64,000 nt of DNA from Bigelowiella natans CCMP2755 (Eukaryota > Protista > Cercozoa). Shown piece after piece: positions 36,612-47,143 of this stretch. The notes under the pieces were generated by a model. It was given only the letters and a program-made list of their open reading frames with translations. It was not told the origin of the DNA and searched no databases. Both the position numbers and the translations under genes were made by a program. Within the stretch, counting starts at the first letter, position 1, and every line of letters starts with the position of its first letter. The stretch is from positions 12,813 through 76,812 of the forward strand of contig ADNK01000765.1 in NCBI GenBank assembly GCA_000320545.1. The letters run 5' to 3'.

Positions 36612-38610
36612 ATGTTCAACATGTCACGTGGATGGGGTACCCGAGATGGCTCACGCAAGGCGGCCATTTTTTGTCTCATCCCCAAGGCCAACAAAGAACT
36701 TGACACCCCTCTCAACGGGAGAACAATTTCTCTCCTGCAAGTGGCTTCAAAAATGGAAGACAAACTGACAGAGCAACGTCTCCGCGAAGCTGTGCCCCCC
36801 AAAAACATTGGCAAACATCAGTGCGCATTCATGAAAAATCGATCCTGTGAAACTGCACTCACAAAGATGACGCAGTCAATCGAGGATGGAGTGTGCAATG
36901 AAAAGCTTGCAGCCATCACATTGTTTGCAGATGCCTCCAAAGCTCATCCAAAAGCCTGGCATTCCGGCATGATGCGCAAGTCACATGACAAATGCGGAAT
37001 GCGAGGCTCGCTGTTGCTGTGGATCGACGACTGGCTCAGAGATCGCACCGCAAGATTCAGATTTGGCAATGCTCTCTCTGAGCACATGAACCTTGGGAGC
37101 GGCGTCCCCGAAGGATCATCTCTCAGCTGTTTCCTTTTCATGACCTGTTGCGATGTTCACGAACAAATTGCCAACACAGATTTCCAAACGTGCTGTGACG
37201 ACGTCACCCCCTGCAAATCATTTTCGCCAAACCGATGGGGGAAAATGCAAGATGATGTCCAGGCCGACCTGAACCAAACGACGGACTGGTGCATGAAATG
37301 GCGGATGCGATTCAATGGGGACAAGAGCGGGCACCTCATGATTGACAAAAGAAATGAAGCCCACCGACACCAAACCTCCTGGAACATCTCTCTCAATCTC
37401 CAAGGCAAAACAAAAAGAGTCGACAGCGGCAGATGTCTCGGTCAGCGGACCAATCTTCGACAACAAATTGACCTTTGAAAAACATGCTCTTGCTTCTCAC
37501 CTGAGATTGCAAAAGAAGCGAAGGTTTTTGTCAAGGTTGTGTTGTTCCAGACACCTTGCACCGCCAAATGTCAGACTGAAATTTTGCAAATCATGGTTCC
37601 TTGCATCCAGCAGATGCGCAGCTCCAACATGGAGATCACGAAGAAACATGCGAATGAAACAGATGGATTCCATGGAATCCCAAACCCTGAAACGTGCATT
37701 GGGATTGCCTGGATCCATCTCCAACGACGTCCCCCACGTCCTCACTGGCACGTTGCCACCCCGATGTCAAACCAAAGTGCAGTGTGCTAAATCATGGTTG
37801 CGCACTCATGCATGGATCGACACAGGCAGCGGTCCTCAAATCCATGAGGGAATGAATGATTGGAGCAGTCATGGCTTCATCATTGAAAATCGAAAAATGC
37901 CAGATGGCACATCGTGGATTGATGTGTCCACAAATGCGTGGAACAAAGCATCCTTGTTTCGTCGGCTCAAATCGATCACTGACGATTTGTTAGATGACGA
38001 ATTGCCCACCGTTTTGGCGACAACAGAGGCGCTGAAAAAAGAACTGAAAAAACATCACAAGGTGGTGAAATCCTGTGCTTTCAACGAATTCGAAGAGGAA
38101 TGGTCCAATGATTCATCACGCGCTGTGCATCTCAAGAATCTTGGATTCCTCCCGTCATCTTCGATCACCGGCATCAAACCAAAACTTTCAAGTGTTGCTA
38201 CATCATGGATGCGCGCCATCTGTGGTGTCGGCAATCTTGGAAAATTCATGTTCTCACGTGGACAATGCACAGAGAAAGATGCCACGTGCGATGCATGTGG
38301 CATCCTGAAGGACATGGATCATCTCCTGCAATGTCCAACACACAGTCGAGAACAAATCAGATTGCGCAATCAAATGCGCGCGATCATGAATCGCAACGAC
38401 GACACGAACCGGCTGACAAAGGCTGAAAAGGACTCCAGAACTGCTGCGCGCAGTGCGCGGCAACATCGGTCGCATGAGGACGCTTTCAAATGCATGAAGC
38501 ACGTGGTGGCAGAAACCAACAGATGTGACATTAGCGCTGTAGCCGCTGCATTGCACAGCTACATCAGGATGACCATTGAAAAAATTTAATTCTTCATTGC
38601 ATCCGTCTCA
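36612..38610 (+). mobile_element. 5'-truncated non-LTR retrotransposon (LINE): RT domain plus C-terminal CCHC, one frameshift, hypermutated and catalytically dead
   Basis: LIPK..RTISLL, HQCAF...RS, DASKAH.KAWH, GVPEGSSLS, CCDD (YxDD position, 37191-37202), W...W.M.FN..K, RCLG|PIFD (7-bp insertion ~37443), CDACG...DMDHLLQC. Stop 38587-38589, then a ~20-bp UTR ending catccgtctc. Confidence 0.93.
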
Positions 38611-39394
38611 CAAACACAGTTGCATTTGTGCGCATGTGATGTCATGTCCATTGTCATGCAGGGTTGGGCTTGTAGGCAGGGTCGATCGGGTCAAAGGGAA
38701 ATTGCGACAGAGACTCATTGCATGCTAGCATGTGTCATGACGCAGCGTGACTGTCTAGCTGTGCTGTGCGCGCAATGGCACGACAGCAGTGCGATTCCAT
38801 GCGCCTGTGGTGCAACGTGCTTGTTACAGCTCACACGCACATGTGTAATAAGTGATCTGGACGCGACTTGTGACGGCTTATAGTTATGACGAACCTTGAT
38901 GCATGAGCCTATAGATTGATGTGTTAGAAATATACATAGGGATGTGCACATTAGCTTGCGCAACTATGTTCATGTGCTCATCATCTCACTGTGTTTCCTA
39001 TGCGTGCCTCTACCACATTGTAATGTTGTCGCAGCAGTGGTCCTATCTACATCCGATGCGGCCGCACACCGCAACCTGCGACTAACATTCAATACAAGCG
39101 TGCAGATCCGAGCCATAGGTCGAGAGCTGCATTGTTCGGGTGATTATACATGCTACAGCTTCCTCTTCTTCTTCTTTTATTGTTGCTGTTAGTAGCTCAT
39201 ACTTGCTATTTCTGTTCGTATGGTTTCATGATAGTATTTCTAGTCTGCTTTCGACGGCGATACAGCATTTCCGCGAAAAATAATAATGCGGGGCTACCTC
39301 CCTCTCACAGTGACACACATCATACTATCCTATATCCTTCAGAACTGCTAGAATTTAGCGGGAAGTTTACTCATATCCCATGAGGGCTCACTCA

Positions 39395-41654
39395 CTATGA
39401 CGAACCTGATATAACGTTGGAAAGTGCTGCCGAAATTGCACCGCACATGTCCGAGTCGTACTCGTACTTCTCGTAAAACCTGCTCCCAGCAGCAATTAAC
39501 AGCATCAGGTAGGGTGAAGGAACGTGTATGATGATGATAATGATAATGATAACGACGATGAAAAGGCAACGGAGGAGAACCACGAGTCGCATGATGAATT
39601 AATTCGCTTGTATACGAGGAGGAGGGGGAGGAGAAGAAGAAACGAAACACCGGCCATTACTTTATCCAATACGCAGGCATTCCCGGATCTTGCTTCTCCC
39701 CAGATACCGGTGCTTCACCATCTGCCTTGATTGCTGCTGCCTCCCTGGCAGCCTTGACTAGGGAGAGAGATTCTGGATTGTCCTGTGAAAGAACATGATG
39801 GTGTTCGTGGAAAATTTACTACACGTGCGTGGTACAACGCAACTATGCAACTTTTCCTCCCCTGCCCTGGACAAATACTGCATTTAAACATACCTTCAAA
39901 AGTATCTGAGCTCTCGTTGCTACGCGCTGGGACATCTCTGCGAAGTCTTCGTTTCCATTGCGACGATGAGCGAGGACCATTGCGGTTGGCATCACCTTAA
40001 TTAATACAATTTTGAGCAACGGCATACAGCAGACTATTTTATTCTTATGTTGTCCCTACAATCACACAAACTTTAAAATGTCATTACTCATGTGTGTGCT
40101 GTGAGTGCTGTGTGTGTGTGTGTGTGTAACATACGTGTGGCACCATGAATGGAATTCTTCATTTCTTACCGTATTCATGACAAGGAGTGGCCCTACAACC
40201 TGTTAGAAGAGGAGGAGGAGGAGGAGGAAGAAGAAGAAGTTGAAGAAGAAAAGTAATGGTTTTGCCGATCTCTAGAGTTGTAACAAAACATATTCTTGCG
40301 CAGTATAAGATTGTGCCTCTTCTCTTCTTCCTCCTTCTCCCCATCTCATCCTCCTCCTCCACAGTAATGTCATAACCACGGCGACATTGTACCTTGTTGT
40401 CTGCCTCCTTCAATGCATCACTTATGAGTGGAACGGGAGGATTGCTACACGAAAGGATATATGTTGTAGTAGCTATGAGTGTTTAATTCGCATACAGTCA
40501 TGATTCATCGTCATCACGCTTGTCGTTGTCGGTCTAATATTGCTCAAATTTTTGCTGCACACAACAAACCTGTCTGCGAGTGTACGCGATCCGTCTTCGT
40601 TTTCAGATGTCAGAAAGCTCACGAAAAATCCTCGAGCTCCGGCCTGAGTTACAATTGCACGACTAGGTATTAATATTATATATTTATGACATGCTAGCTA
40701 CAGATGATTTCGTTTCTGCAAACTGTTATTATCCACCTCTTTCTGGAGTAGCGCTTGTAAGACTTCTTTCGTCGTCTTATCATCCTTCTGCAAACATCAT
40801 AATTATTGCCTGAACTTTCTAAATTTTACCACATATTCAGTAGAATAGGGTCAGCACCTTGTCCTCGAGACGCTCTGATACGAGAGTCCCAATTGCTATC
40901 GAATCTTCAAAACCTGCCTGCGATATGACCCGAAAGGAACAATTTTGTGGGTGAAATCTCCAATTAACGCAATGGTGTCTACCTTCTTCACTTCTTCCAG
41001 GGTGGGGAAGGACCCTCCTGCATCATCACTGCTACCTGCTGGACGATAGTAGCAAACCAGGATGTTTCAGACCAACATCGACTTCATTTGCCACGGGAAC
41101 TTACCCGCAAAACGGTGAAGAAGGCGAGAAACTCCTCTCCACGGATGACGATGACGACTTTCCGTGCGAACGTATTGTTTGTAAGTTAAAGACTTCGTGC
41201 TCGAATGGAGTAGCCCTCTTTGACGGCAGCGCGCTGCAGCAGGTAACTTCGCAGCAAATGCCGTCGAAGCTGTAAATGCTGTAGGAGGAAATCAAGGAAG
41301 AGAATATCATACATTTCGCAAGTAGCTCAGCAAATCGAAGCGCGCACACTGTAATGCAAGTAGTAAGATGGTAAGAGGTCTGAAGATACTCGAATATCAC
41401 TGAAACGAACCTGCGATGAATGTGAGCGATAAGGTCGCGAATCTTAGCCTTGCCATTATTGCCACAACGTCTGAAAGATATTTCGGTTAGTCAGGGATGG
41501 GTGCTTTCCTCATTAAAATCAGATACCCTCTTACTCGTGCAATTGCAAGGTGAGGACACAGAGGAACGGTCGTGTGAGTCGTGTGGTCCCAGAAGGATGT
41601 TGATGATGAGCAAGGTAGAACGTTTATTATCGAGATAATAACCAAGAAGCTCAT
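39395..41654 (-). CDS. Conserved hypothetical protein of cyanobacterial type, probably plastid-targeted; start uncertain
   Basis: Exons GRFEDSIAIG, AIVTQAGARGFFVSFLTSE..TLAD, VVGPLLVMNT|VMPTAMVLAHRRNGNEDFAEMSQRVATRAQILL and FYEKYEYDSDMCGAI. These resemble a cyanobacterial family I recall as DGARGFFV..NLAMSTAMA..H.R.GD...S.RV (recognition from memory, unverified). Confidence 0.65.
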
Positions 41655-42283
41655 GTCTTATCTCAAAAAAATGTTACCTCGATCGGTCGGGATGATATTC
41701 GAATATTTATATTTAGATTAGCTGTCATCATCGGGGAATAAATGTCTAAGAGTTGCTCACACTCACTCGATTGTGGAACGACGGGTGCAAATCCGTGCTC
41801 CTGACAGAGTGTGAAGCGTTCACCAAAACGACCTGGATATGTGATCTATTTCATTCAAGATATCGCCATACTTCCAAAAAAACCGAGAACAAAGCTCATC
41901 CTGATTGATCCCCATTCTGCGCCTTTCTCCTTTGATTTTCGGTTGAAACCCCCTTCATTCTGACAGACATCTGGACATCTCTACGAACAGGATTATCGCG
42001 CGGTTTCGAGATTATCTGAAAATATCACGCTGCGTACAAAAAGGGTTATATTTTATTGGGTACGGTAAAAGAATAGGGATGTCGTTAATATGAAATGAAA
42101 AGCATCCACGGTCTGTGCGTACGTCGTTTGATAGGAAATCAAACCACGCCTTCTTAGCTTGCTTGTGAAAGGGATCCGAACACCTTCCTAGGCACATACC
42201 ACAAATTTCCCATCCGCTAACTACCTGCAAGGCGCCCCATCTACATTTGCTCCTTATTATCAAGTGCATATTAAAATTAAATC

Positions 42284-43470
42284 ATGTCTGACGGACAAGG
42301 AGCAGCTCCAGAAGGTCAGTGGTGTTGTTCGAGAGATTTGGGAGGTGGGTGGTGCAGCACGCCAACAGCGTCTGAGTATCATTGCTGGGTATGCATGTCT
42401 TTCCAATGTGAATATTTAATGAGTTTGCCCATTTTACAGGAGAATCGCAAGGAGGATGCTGTAATAAATGCATCGAGAAACTGAAAAATTTGGACCCGTC
42501 AACCCTGAGCTACATCATGAAGATTATCAACATCATCAATGCAGGCCTTCTGGCATTTACTGGAGTTTGGGTGTTCATCTCTCAGTCTGTAGATCTTCTA
42601 TTGGTTTTGGCGGCGATGTATGTCATGTAAGTATATCTTCCGACCAAGAAATATTTGCAGGCACCTCTGATTCCCATTTTTTTGTAAAATTCACAGCATG
42701 TTCAGTATGATTCTTCTATTCTGGGAACTCCGACTTGAAGCGTGCAACCTTTGCTTTTTAAGAAACATGGGATTTATGTTCAGCTGGCGAGGAAGGCTCT
42801 TGTTCTTCATCTTGTAATCTTCCATAAATATATATTCGACGTAAACTTGGCTCTTACCAATGACTTTATTTAGTGTGGGCACTCTCGCATTCGGACTGGG
42901 TACTCCGGGACTCGTCATTGGAATCTTCACATTTGTCAACGCCGCATGGAATGTCACTATTGTTTGTATTCACCCAAAATACTTCGAGCAACAGCGTGAG
43001 ATAGGTGAGAAAGAAATGGCAAGCGCACTTCGGACTGAAGCGGTATCTTCCATTTCACAGATATTCACATTATCGACTTTCAATATTTCTGTGAAATGAA
43101 AATATTTTTACATCCTTTTTCGAGAATATTTTCTCAGCCCTCCTTGTGGTGATTTAATCTTTCAGGCCAGGTTCGCTGCAAAACAAGCTGGGGCGCCACA
43201 GGCCGCAGGTGTTATCGAAGAGGGACTGAACCAAGCTCATGAGATGAAGCAGTGGGAAGATGAGCAGAAAGCTGCGACTCCTGCTTCAGCACCTGCTGCT
43301 GGTGGGAGCGACCTCCCAGCTGGATGGGAACAAAGAACAGACGAGCACTCCGGTATGGAAACCCACGACGCCGCCTACGAAACTTGAATAATAAGTGTGA
43401 TTACTTCTCAGGCACTCCTTATTGGGTTAACGCTACGACTGGAGAACAGAGCTGGGAAAAACCATCTTAA
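42284..43470 (+). CDS. COPI-associated/TVP15-type Golgi membrane protein with C-terminal WW domain
   Basis: Hydrophobic exons with MFSMILLFWELR..NMGFMFSWRGRLLFFIF|VGTLAFG; C-terminus LPAGWEQRTDEHS|GTPYWVNATTGEQSWEKP; stop 43468-43470. Confidence 0.85.
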
Positions 43471-43827
43471 TTAATTACTGTCATAGCGATTGTATGTCTG
43501 ATATCTCATTTTGTGAGCTCCAGTTTTTGCGATGAAGACATTTGATGTGATGTGGTGAAACTGAAAAAAGTCTCCAAATTTATGAGATAGAAAGAAATGT
43601 TCATGAATAGGAAGTTTCCAGAAAATATTTAATACTGAAGTTCGTATGGCTTTGTTTCAATAGAATTTTGACTGCATCTGGCAGATTGACATTGAAATAA
43701 TCCCGGAAGACATTGCAGCACAACACATCTTGTTTAAATATTATAGCTATAATCTACTGTGCAACAAATTCAGACTTGATTCGCTCAAAGCATATAGCTG
43801 CGTGCGTGGCTATAGACGCAGTATATA

Positions 43828-43866
<39 letters not shown>

Positions 43867-44174
43867 AGTATATTAATATATACTCTACACGTATGTCTAT
43901 TGTCATACAGGTCCTTCATGATGTATGACAGTATATATAATATGTATATACAGTGTATTATACATATGATATATATATACGTATGTCAATGGTCGTACTA
44001 ATATATAATGCGTTTGCTCGCGTATTACTTGCATAGCAACTACTTGCATGTAATGATGCTATTATAGCGCGCTTGGCTCCATGTACAGCACCGCAGATAT
44101 TGGAAAATTGATTGTTGAGTCTGACGTGACAGCATAGTCTTATATAAAATTTGCGCATTTATATTTCATTATTA

Positions 44175-44323
44175 CAATGCATTTTCATGCATGCATGCAA
44201 CATGTGACCAAGGAAACGAACATACACAATTTAAGCGCTGTAGCCGCTATAGGTACCGCTACATTGCATAGCTACATTAGGATGACCATTGGAAAAATTT
44301 AAACATTTCATTACATCCGTCTC
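44175..44323 (+). mobile_element. LINE 3' fragment (subfamily B), lightly mutated, with a 12-bp insertion
   Basis: Matches 7407-7540. It keeps TA where other copies have TG/CA (gctacattgcatagctacattagg). Confidence 0.88.
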
Positions 44324-44451
44324 ATATTTCATTGTTTACACTTTACACATCGTATGCCTCTATGCACAACTATGAGTTGCGCTACGTATACATGCAGCGC
44401 AGATGTGTGATGATGTATCAGATGCACCTAGCTAGCTTAATAATTGTACAT

Positions 44452-44512
44452 ATGAGACGGATGTAATGAATAATTAAATTTTTTCAATGGTCATCCTGAT
44501 GTAGCTGTGCAA
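44452..44512 (-). mobile_element. LINE 3' terminus, tail-to-tail with the previous copy
   Basis: atgagacggatgtaatgaataattaaattttttcaatggtcatcctgatgtagctgtgcaa. Confidence 0.88.
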
Positions 44513-44704
44513 ATGTACATGGCACGCTTATACGGCGCACGTACATGCATATACATACATGCATCGCAGCTAGGCGGCCCGAACATACGCAGTAATAATA
44601 GTGCAGCTCCACGACATGCGCAACATGCAGTCACACTAGATCGAAGAAGCAGCGCACAGCGTGTGCTAGCGCGTATCATGCGTCCGCCACACAGCATAGC
44701 TGTA

Positions 44705-44840
44705 TACAAGCGCTGTAGCCGCAGCTTTGCATAGCTACATTATTAGGATGACTATTGCATTAATAAAAGATTTAATTTTTACTAGCTTCCGTCTCACAAT
44801 TGAAAATTTAACATTCTTTACATCGATTCGTCTTACAATT
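44705..44840 (+). mobile_element. Degenerate LINE 3' fragments with multiple micro-insertions
   Basis: agcgctgtagccgc..ttgcatagctacatt(att)aggatgactattg...tccgtctca, followed by a second, more decayed terminus. Confidence 0.75.
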
Positions 44841-44998
44841 AAAAAAGTAGCTGTGTCCCATCGTATCGTCAACTATCTACCAAGCACCGCTACATCTAGA
44901 CATGCAAACACAAACGTGCCAATTTTAGTATTTAACAGTTAACTTCATGCGTACACAAAGTCTTGCTTGTGTAAGCCAGCAAGAAGCCCAATGATCCA

Positions 44999-46537
44999 TC
45001 ATATTAGGCAACTCAATCCAGACTGAAGAGGATGAGGGATGCATCCAGTAGGAACATTGAAATTTGCTGCACCCGTGATAGGTTGTTGCGCTGGACAGTA
45101 GCTCTTACCTGCAGCCAAGGTTCCGTGAAGAGAACTTACTTGAGAAGCCGAGAGTTCTGCGGACATGATGATGGCCTGCCAAATTTTCCCTATGAAAGGA
45201 TATCCACCCCCTTCGTACTCATATCCAACATGTAATTCTTCCCCACCATTCACACCGCTGAATGACCCAGTGCTTTTGAGAATTCCGTCTATGTACACTT
45301 TCCCTGTGTAGGAACCTGCAGACACGGCGCTACGCGTGAAAACGATGGAATGCGCTGATACTCGTCCAGCGGAGTCAAATATCCCCGGACTAGGATCAAA
45401 TGAAGAGATGTAGTTTCCATCTTGAACACCTAGGGCGGTGTTTCCAGAATTCTTACCGACAAACCATTGAGTCCCGCCCGAGGTGTCTTTCCCACCGAAG
45501 ATCGCTGAATAAGTCCGTGAATTTGTTCCTGTGTACTGGAACCAGGCAGCCACGGTGTATGCACCACCTCCTCCACTTGCGGTAATCAAATCAGACATCT
45601 TGAGGCCTGTGTTGATAGAGCCAGAACTGAAGACAAGATGATCCCCCGAGCTGCTAACGCCACCTGAAATGGTTCCATCGTTCCCCCGTGCGCTAATATC
45701 CTTTATTACTCCGCCATTCACTGGACTTATGCCAGGGTTATAGTAAGCCACAACTGAATTTGGACAAACGGCTGCTCCACAGTGTAGATCATTTCTAGCA
45801 AGCCTTCCGTGAAGGATTGCCGCCTCTGCAGCACTAAATTCCGTTTTTAGGATAATTGCTTGCCAGATTTTGCCTTTGAACGAATAAGCTCCTCCGAATT
45901 CCTTTCCTATAGTGAGTTCCTCTTGATTATTGACACCAGTAAAGCTCGCACTTGCCTTAAACGCGCCATCGATGTACACTTTCCCTGTGTAACTGCCACC
46001 AGAAGCTGCGCTACGAGTGTAGATGATGGAGTGAGCTGACGCCCGTCCTGCGGCGTCGAATATCCCAGGACTAGCAACGAAATTGGAACGGTAGTTTCCA
46101 TCTTGAACACCAAGGGCGGTGTTGCCAGAATTCTTACCAATGAACCATTCAGTCCCGCCTGTGGCGTCTTTTCCACCAAAGATCGCTGAGTAGGTCTGTG
46201 AATCTGTTCCCGTGTATTGAAACCATGCTGCCACGGTATACGTACCAGCGCCACCGCTTGCCGCGATGACATCGGACATTTTTATCCCTGTGAGTATGGA
46301 GCCGCCATTGAAGGCGACATGATGGCCTGATGTGGACACACTCCCTTCCACGGTACCGTCATTGCCACGCGGCCCCAAGTCTTTCCATTTGCCACCTGAG
46401 ATCGGGGAGGCGTCTTGGTGATAGTAGGCCAGCACATCAGATGTACAACCCTGCAAAGCGTGAACGGGTGCGCTGAGTAGCAGCACCATCAAGAAATGGA
46501 GCACCCGTAATGTTCTATTTCCATCCATGGCCATCAT
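44999..46537 (-). CDS. Secreted protein with two tandem LamG/concanavalin A-like domains, single long exon
   Basis: Signal peptide ..VLHFLMVLLLSAPVHA. Two ~220-aa repeats: YY...WKD...GNDGT...YTVAAWFQYTGT...AIFGGK...GKVYIDG...IG..F.GKIWQAII...LS..E...LH. The ORF track starts at 46612, but the upstream part lies in an inverted repeat. Confidence 0.85.
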   Translation of the reverse strand: MMAMDGNRTLRVLHFLMVLLLSAPVHALQGCTSDVLAYYHQDASPISGGKWKDLGPRGNDGTVEGSVSTSGHHVAFNGGSILTGIKMSDVIAASGGAGTYTVAAWFQYTGTDSQTYSAIFGGKDATGGTEWFIGKNSGNTALGVQDGNYRSNFVASPGIFDAAGRASAHSIIYTRSAASGGSYTGKVYIDGAFKASASFTGVNNQEELTIGKEFGGAYSFKGKIWQAIILKTEFSAAEAAILHGRLARNDLHCGAAVCPNSVVAYYNPGISPVNGGVIKDISARGNDGTISGGVSSSGDHLVFSSGSINTGLKMSDLITASGGGGAYTVAAWFQYTGTNSRTYSAIFGGKDTSGGTQWFVGKNSGNTALGVQDGNYISSFDPSPGIFDSAGRVSAHSIVFTRSAVSAGSYTGKVYIDGILKSTGSFSGVNGGEELHVGYEYEGGGYPFIGKIWQAIIMSAELSASQVSSLHGTLAAGKSYCPAQQPITGAANFNVPTGCIPHPLQSGLSCLI

Positions 46538-46579
46538 CTGCATCGCTGTTGTGACGAAACCTACAAATTTACAAATTGC

Positions 46580-46937
46580 CCTAGATATATTACACATCGA
46601 ATTCAGGTTCATCTCTCAAGATTTCGTACTGTCATTGCGCGGCAAGACCAGAATGTTGCATGCGATTTTTGTAATGCGACATCCAGAATAGTCCCTGTAG
46701 CATAAAAATACCATCATTTCTGCCCATTCTGTGCGACGCTCGCTCGTAGCTCTTGTCGTCGAGCGATGCATTTAACTCATCTGGGTGAATTCCATGTAGA
46801 TCTAGATCTAGATCTAATCCATGAATTTCTAGACTTCCATGGACTACTTTAAGACCGACAGAAGACAAGTTTTGTTTTCGGAAATCCTGAAATCTTGAAA
46901 TCTTGAGAGATGAACCTAAAACCGAAATATATCTAGG
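46580..46937. repeat. ~360-bp segment bounded by bipartite inverted repeats (MITE-like)
   Basis: aggttcatctctcaagatttc (46605-46625) and gaaatcttgagagatgaacct (46897-46917) form a perfect 21-bp IR. Outer cctagatatatt / aatatatctagg form a perfect 12-bp IR. An internal (tagatc)3 lies at ~46797. Confidence 0.8.
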
Positions 46938-47143
46938 AATCTAGGCGAAATCTTTTAACCGACTGGGGAAAATGAGCGTCTTACTTAACCCCTCCCCAGC
47001 ATTTGTGTTTTTGCTTTACTTATTACGACACTTATATTTAATTGTCGCATGCATATAATTGCAGTCCGGTCTCCTCCTTCCATTTCACGACCCGAGGATT
47101 CCAGAAGAGAGAGAGAGAGCAGTACGATTTGGAACTCGTACGC

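Noticed and set aside
36612-38589. Alternative genetic code or natural Tyr avoidance
   Set aside because: TpA is missing at all codon positions and in non-coding flanks, and host genes use Tyr normally.
36612-38610. CpG methylation decay or classical RIP as the cause of TG/CA excess
   Set aside because: TG-vs-CA polymorphism alone fits a CG ancestor, but that would put Arg at the conserved Tyr positions of RT. CpG is still abundant, and RIP would raise TpA rather than abolish it.
36505-38670. cagggttggg on both sides of the LINE as a TSD or degenerate TTAGGG
   Set aside because: Only 10 bp and not adjacent to the element termini.
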